From positions 1 to 17,384 of the forward strand of contig JASMDC010000053.1 of assembly GCA_030753015.1 (NCBI GenBank): 17,384 nucleotides of DNA, read 5' to 3'. A program made the translations under genes and the position numbers. Numbering within the stretch: position 1 is the stretch's first letter; each line of letters begins with the position of its first letter. Below the pieces are notes generated by a model that saw only the letters and a list, made by a program, of their open reading frames with translations, did not search any database and was not told the DNA's origin. Below, piece after piece: positions 15,310 to 17,384 of the stretch. This DNA comes from Candidatus Undinarchaeales archaeon (lineage in GTDB: Archaea; SpSt-1190; JASMDC01).

Positions 15310-16053
15310 ATGAGACCAGATCCAACAAGACTATTGGAAATAGCAGCTATAGAAAATCCACTTGTCGGGTTCTATGATGTGCCGGATCCCAAGCCTTTCG
15401 AGCCCTTTGTCAGACCTGAACGATGTTTCTTTTCCTACTACGAGAATTGGCAAAAGGGCGAAAGTATCTGCATATCTGAGAATGGATCGAGTTGCAGGGG
15501 GGGCGGGTACTGGATTGGCGGCGTTGAATTCAAAAACCGTGACAATTTCGCAAAGGATCTCAACGAAAGAGAAGGTTTCAAGTCCTCACAGGAACTGATG
15601 GAACAATGGCTCGATAATCAGAAACCTTACCGGATAGAGCATGGATACGTTGTGATAGGGCCTTTGAGAGATGAACAATACGACTTCCTGAAGACCGTTA
15701 CCTTTTTTGTCAATCCCGATCAGTTAAGCCTCTTGCTGCTGGGAACAGAATATCACAATGCATCCGTTGACATCCATCCAGCATTTACCGCTTTTGGGTC
15801 TGGTTGCGGACAGCTGGCGGCATTGTTCGAGAATCACGATCCCGATATCCCGAAGGCGATCATCGGCGCGACCGATATAGCTATGAGAGTGCATCTACCG
15901 CCTGACATTCTTGCCCTAACAGTGAACAAGCCTATGTATGGACAGCTCTGCGAACTAGATGAGGACAGCTTTCTCTATAAGTCATTTTGGAGAAGGCTCA
16001 GAAGAGCAAGAGGGGTGGCAATGAATGAAGCCCAATCCACCGACGGGAAATAG
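15310..16053 (+). CDS. DUF169 (COG2043-like) family protein
   Basis: Motifs PLVGFY, SCRGG...IG, YVVIGPL, VTFFVNPDQLS.L, FGSGC and AIIG.TD..MR. Lower GC than the upstream genes. Confidence 0.82.
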   Translation: MRPDPTRLLEIAAIENPLVGFYDVPDPKPFEPFVRPERCFFSYYENWQKGESICISENGSSCRGGGYWIGGVEFKNRDNFAKDLNEREGFKSSQELMEQWLDNQKPYRIEHGYVVIGPLRDEQYDFLKTVTFFVNPDQLSLLLLGTEYHNASVDIHPAFTAFGSGCGQLAALFENHDPDIPKAIIGATDIAMRVHLPPDILALTVNKPMYGQLCELDEDSFLYKSFWRRLRRARGVAMNEAQSTDGK

Positions 16054-16261
16054 TCGAGGATCGTCTTTGGGCAGGCCGGTCAAGTAAGGCCGCAGACCTG
16101 ATAGAACACTCATTTCTCCAAATCCAGAGTGTTTTTTCAATGACAGATGTGTGCGGTCATTACGCTCGATTCTGGGGCTCATTTTATCACTTCAAGAGGA
16201 TATACCAACTATCAGAGTAGGTGATCAATTGTTCTCAGGATTAATTCTATCAGGATTCACG

Positions 16262-16381
16262 ATGCCGATCAAGATGCCAAAACGCGCCCGTTGCAGGAAA
16301 TGCGGCAAGGTCGTTTCCACACCGGATTTGATCAATGGTATGTGCCCGAAATGTGCAGGCGAACAGAGTAAAGGAGCATAG
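16262..16381 (+). CDS. Micro zinc-finger protein (35-39 aa)
   Basis: CRKCG-x12-CPKC knuckle pair; ATG at 16262 or 16274. Confidence 0.65.
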   Translation: MPIKMPKRARCRKCGKVVSTPDLINGMCPKCAGEQSKGA

Positions 16382-16915
16382 CTCCTGTCTATTCTGCTCC
16401 ATTCCGGTATAGAAGGTAAGTGCCCCGCACATCCAAGGACCATCGGCAACGGTCGAGGATCTACCCTTCATTCTTACTAGCTACTACTCAAGAGATCACG
16501 TTCGGATGATCTGCGGTCCTGTTGAACTGTCGCCGATGTCCGATAACGACCCATGCATCCATAATGGATGTCATCATCTGTATAATGGTGTCAGGCCTTT
16601 GTCAGGTCCCGGTACGGGCGGGCAATTGCGTTCATGGAATTGTCGAGGAGCAATGAAGTCAAATCGATCCACAGGTCATCAGTGTGTTCTCATTCCGATC
16701 TTCACGATGATCGAAAGAAGGGCGAGCTTCATTCTTTTATGGAAAATTCAGGGATCCGTTTACAAGTTATGCGAATATGCTTGATTTTCATACGTCTTCT
16801 TCGGATTCCTCTCAGTATCCTTTATTCTTTTTCAGTCCTCCAACCGTATTTCAGGTCGGGCTTCCAGGCTTATACTTAAAAAAATCAGACTTCAAGTAGG
16901 GTCCTGGGGATTCAA

Positions 16916-17314
16916 ATGTTCGACAAACAGGTAAAGGATGTAATGTCCAAGGAGATTCTATCAGCGAGACTCAAATCAACTCTCAAAGAGATATCGGCGA
17001 TATTGATCAAACACAAGATAAGTGCAGTCCTAATCCGGGATGAGAGCGGCAATCCGTGGGGCGTGATCACCACGAGGGACATTGTGGGCTCCATGACAAA
17101 GCCCAATTTCAACGACCTGACCGCAGAGGATGTAATGACACGCAATCTCGTTACGATAAAACCCGCATCGACCTTGCTTAGAGCGGCCAAGAAAATGATG
17201 GAAGAAAGAGTGCAGAGGTTGATCGTTGCCCACCCTAGCCATCTCAAGGGGCAGCTCAGGATCGTCGGGATAATATCCATGTCAGATTTGGTAAAGACGA
17301 TATCCGAGGGTTGA
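16916..17314 (+). CDS. Stand-alone CBS-pair protein
   Basis: VKDVMS...I...GVITTRDI and TAEDVMTR.LVTI....TL..AAKKM....V.RL.V...GIISMSDL. Confidence 0.92.
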   Translation: MFDKQVKDVMSKEILSARLKSTLKEISAILIKHKISAVLIRDESGNPWGVITTRDIVGSMTKPNFNDLTAEDVMTRNLVTIKPASTLLRAAKKMMEERVQRLIVAHPSHLKGQLRIVGIISMSDLVKTISEG

Positions 17315-17384
17315 ATCGTATCTCGCACAGGCACACTTGGATGTAGTATCGCCCATACATCATCCCTCACAGGGTACCGGGCGT

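Noticed and set aside
16506-16879. ORFs 16506..16784 and 16634..16879
   Set aside because: Overlapping, no motifs, atypical composition and no clear start signals.
17340-17371. GATGTA...TACATC hairpin after the CBS gene as a terminator
   Set aside because: Only a 6-bp stem with a 10-nt loop and no U-tract; too weak to call.

Overview
Gene-dense, high-GC archaeal DNA. The archaeal call rests on DUF371, DUF5752, a class III signal-peptide protein and TATA boxes about 30 nt before leaderless starts; the lineage cannot be resolved from this window. Positions 224-3851 hold a tandem array of three paralogous membrane proteins. Each has an N-terminal six-helix domain that resembles an ECF-transporter S-component, a seventh helix, and a transglutaminase-like Cys-His-Asp domain. 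This fusion is the most interesting signal in the window. The middle carries a hypothetical-trmJ-bPH operon, DUF371, an AIM24-family gene, a small Cys-rich membrane peptide, a pilin-like protein, an NDP-sugar synthase, a PQQ-type beta-propeller, an SGNH hydrolase, a nitrilase-fold protein lacking its catalytic Glu and Cys, DUF5752, a divergent YkgJ / Trp-rich beta-protein pair and a Zn-finger plus coiled-coil pair. From about 15200 the GC content drops visibly, and this part encodes DUF169, a micro Zn-finger and a CBS-pair protein. I found no rRNA, tRNA, CRISPR array or transposase. All family calls are from motif recognition by eye, not database searches.
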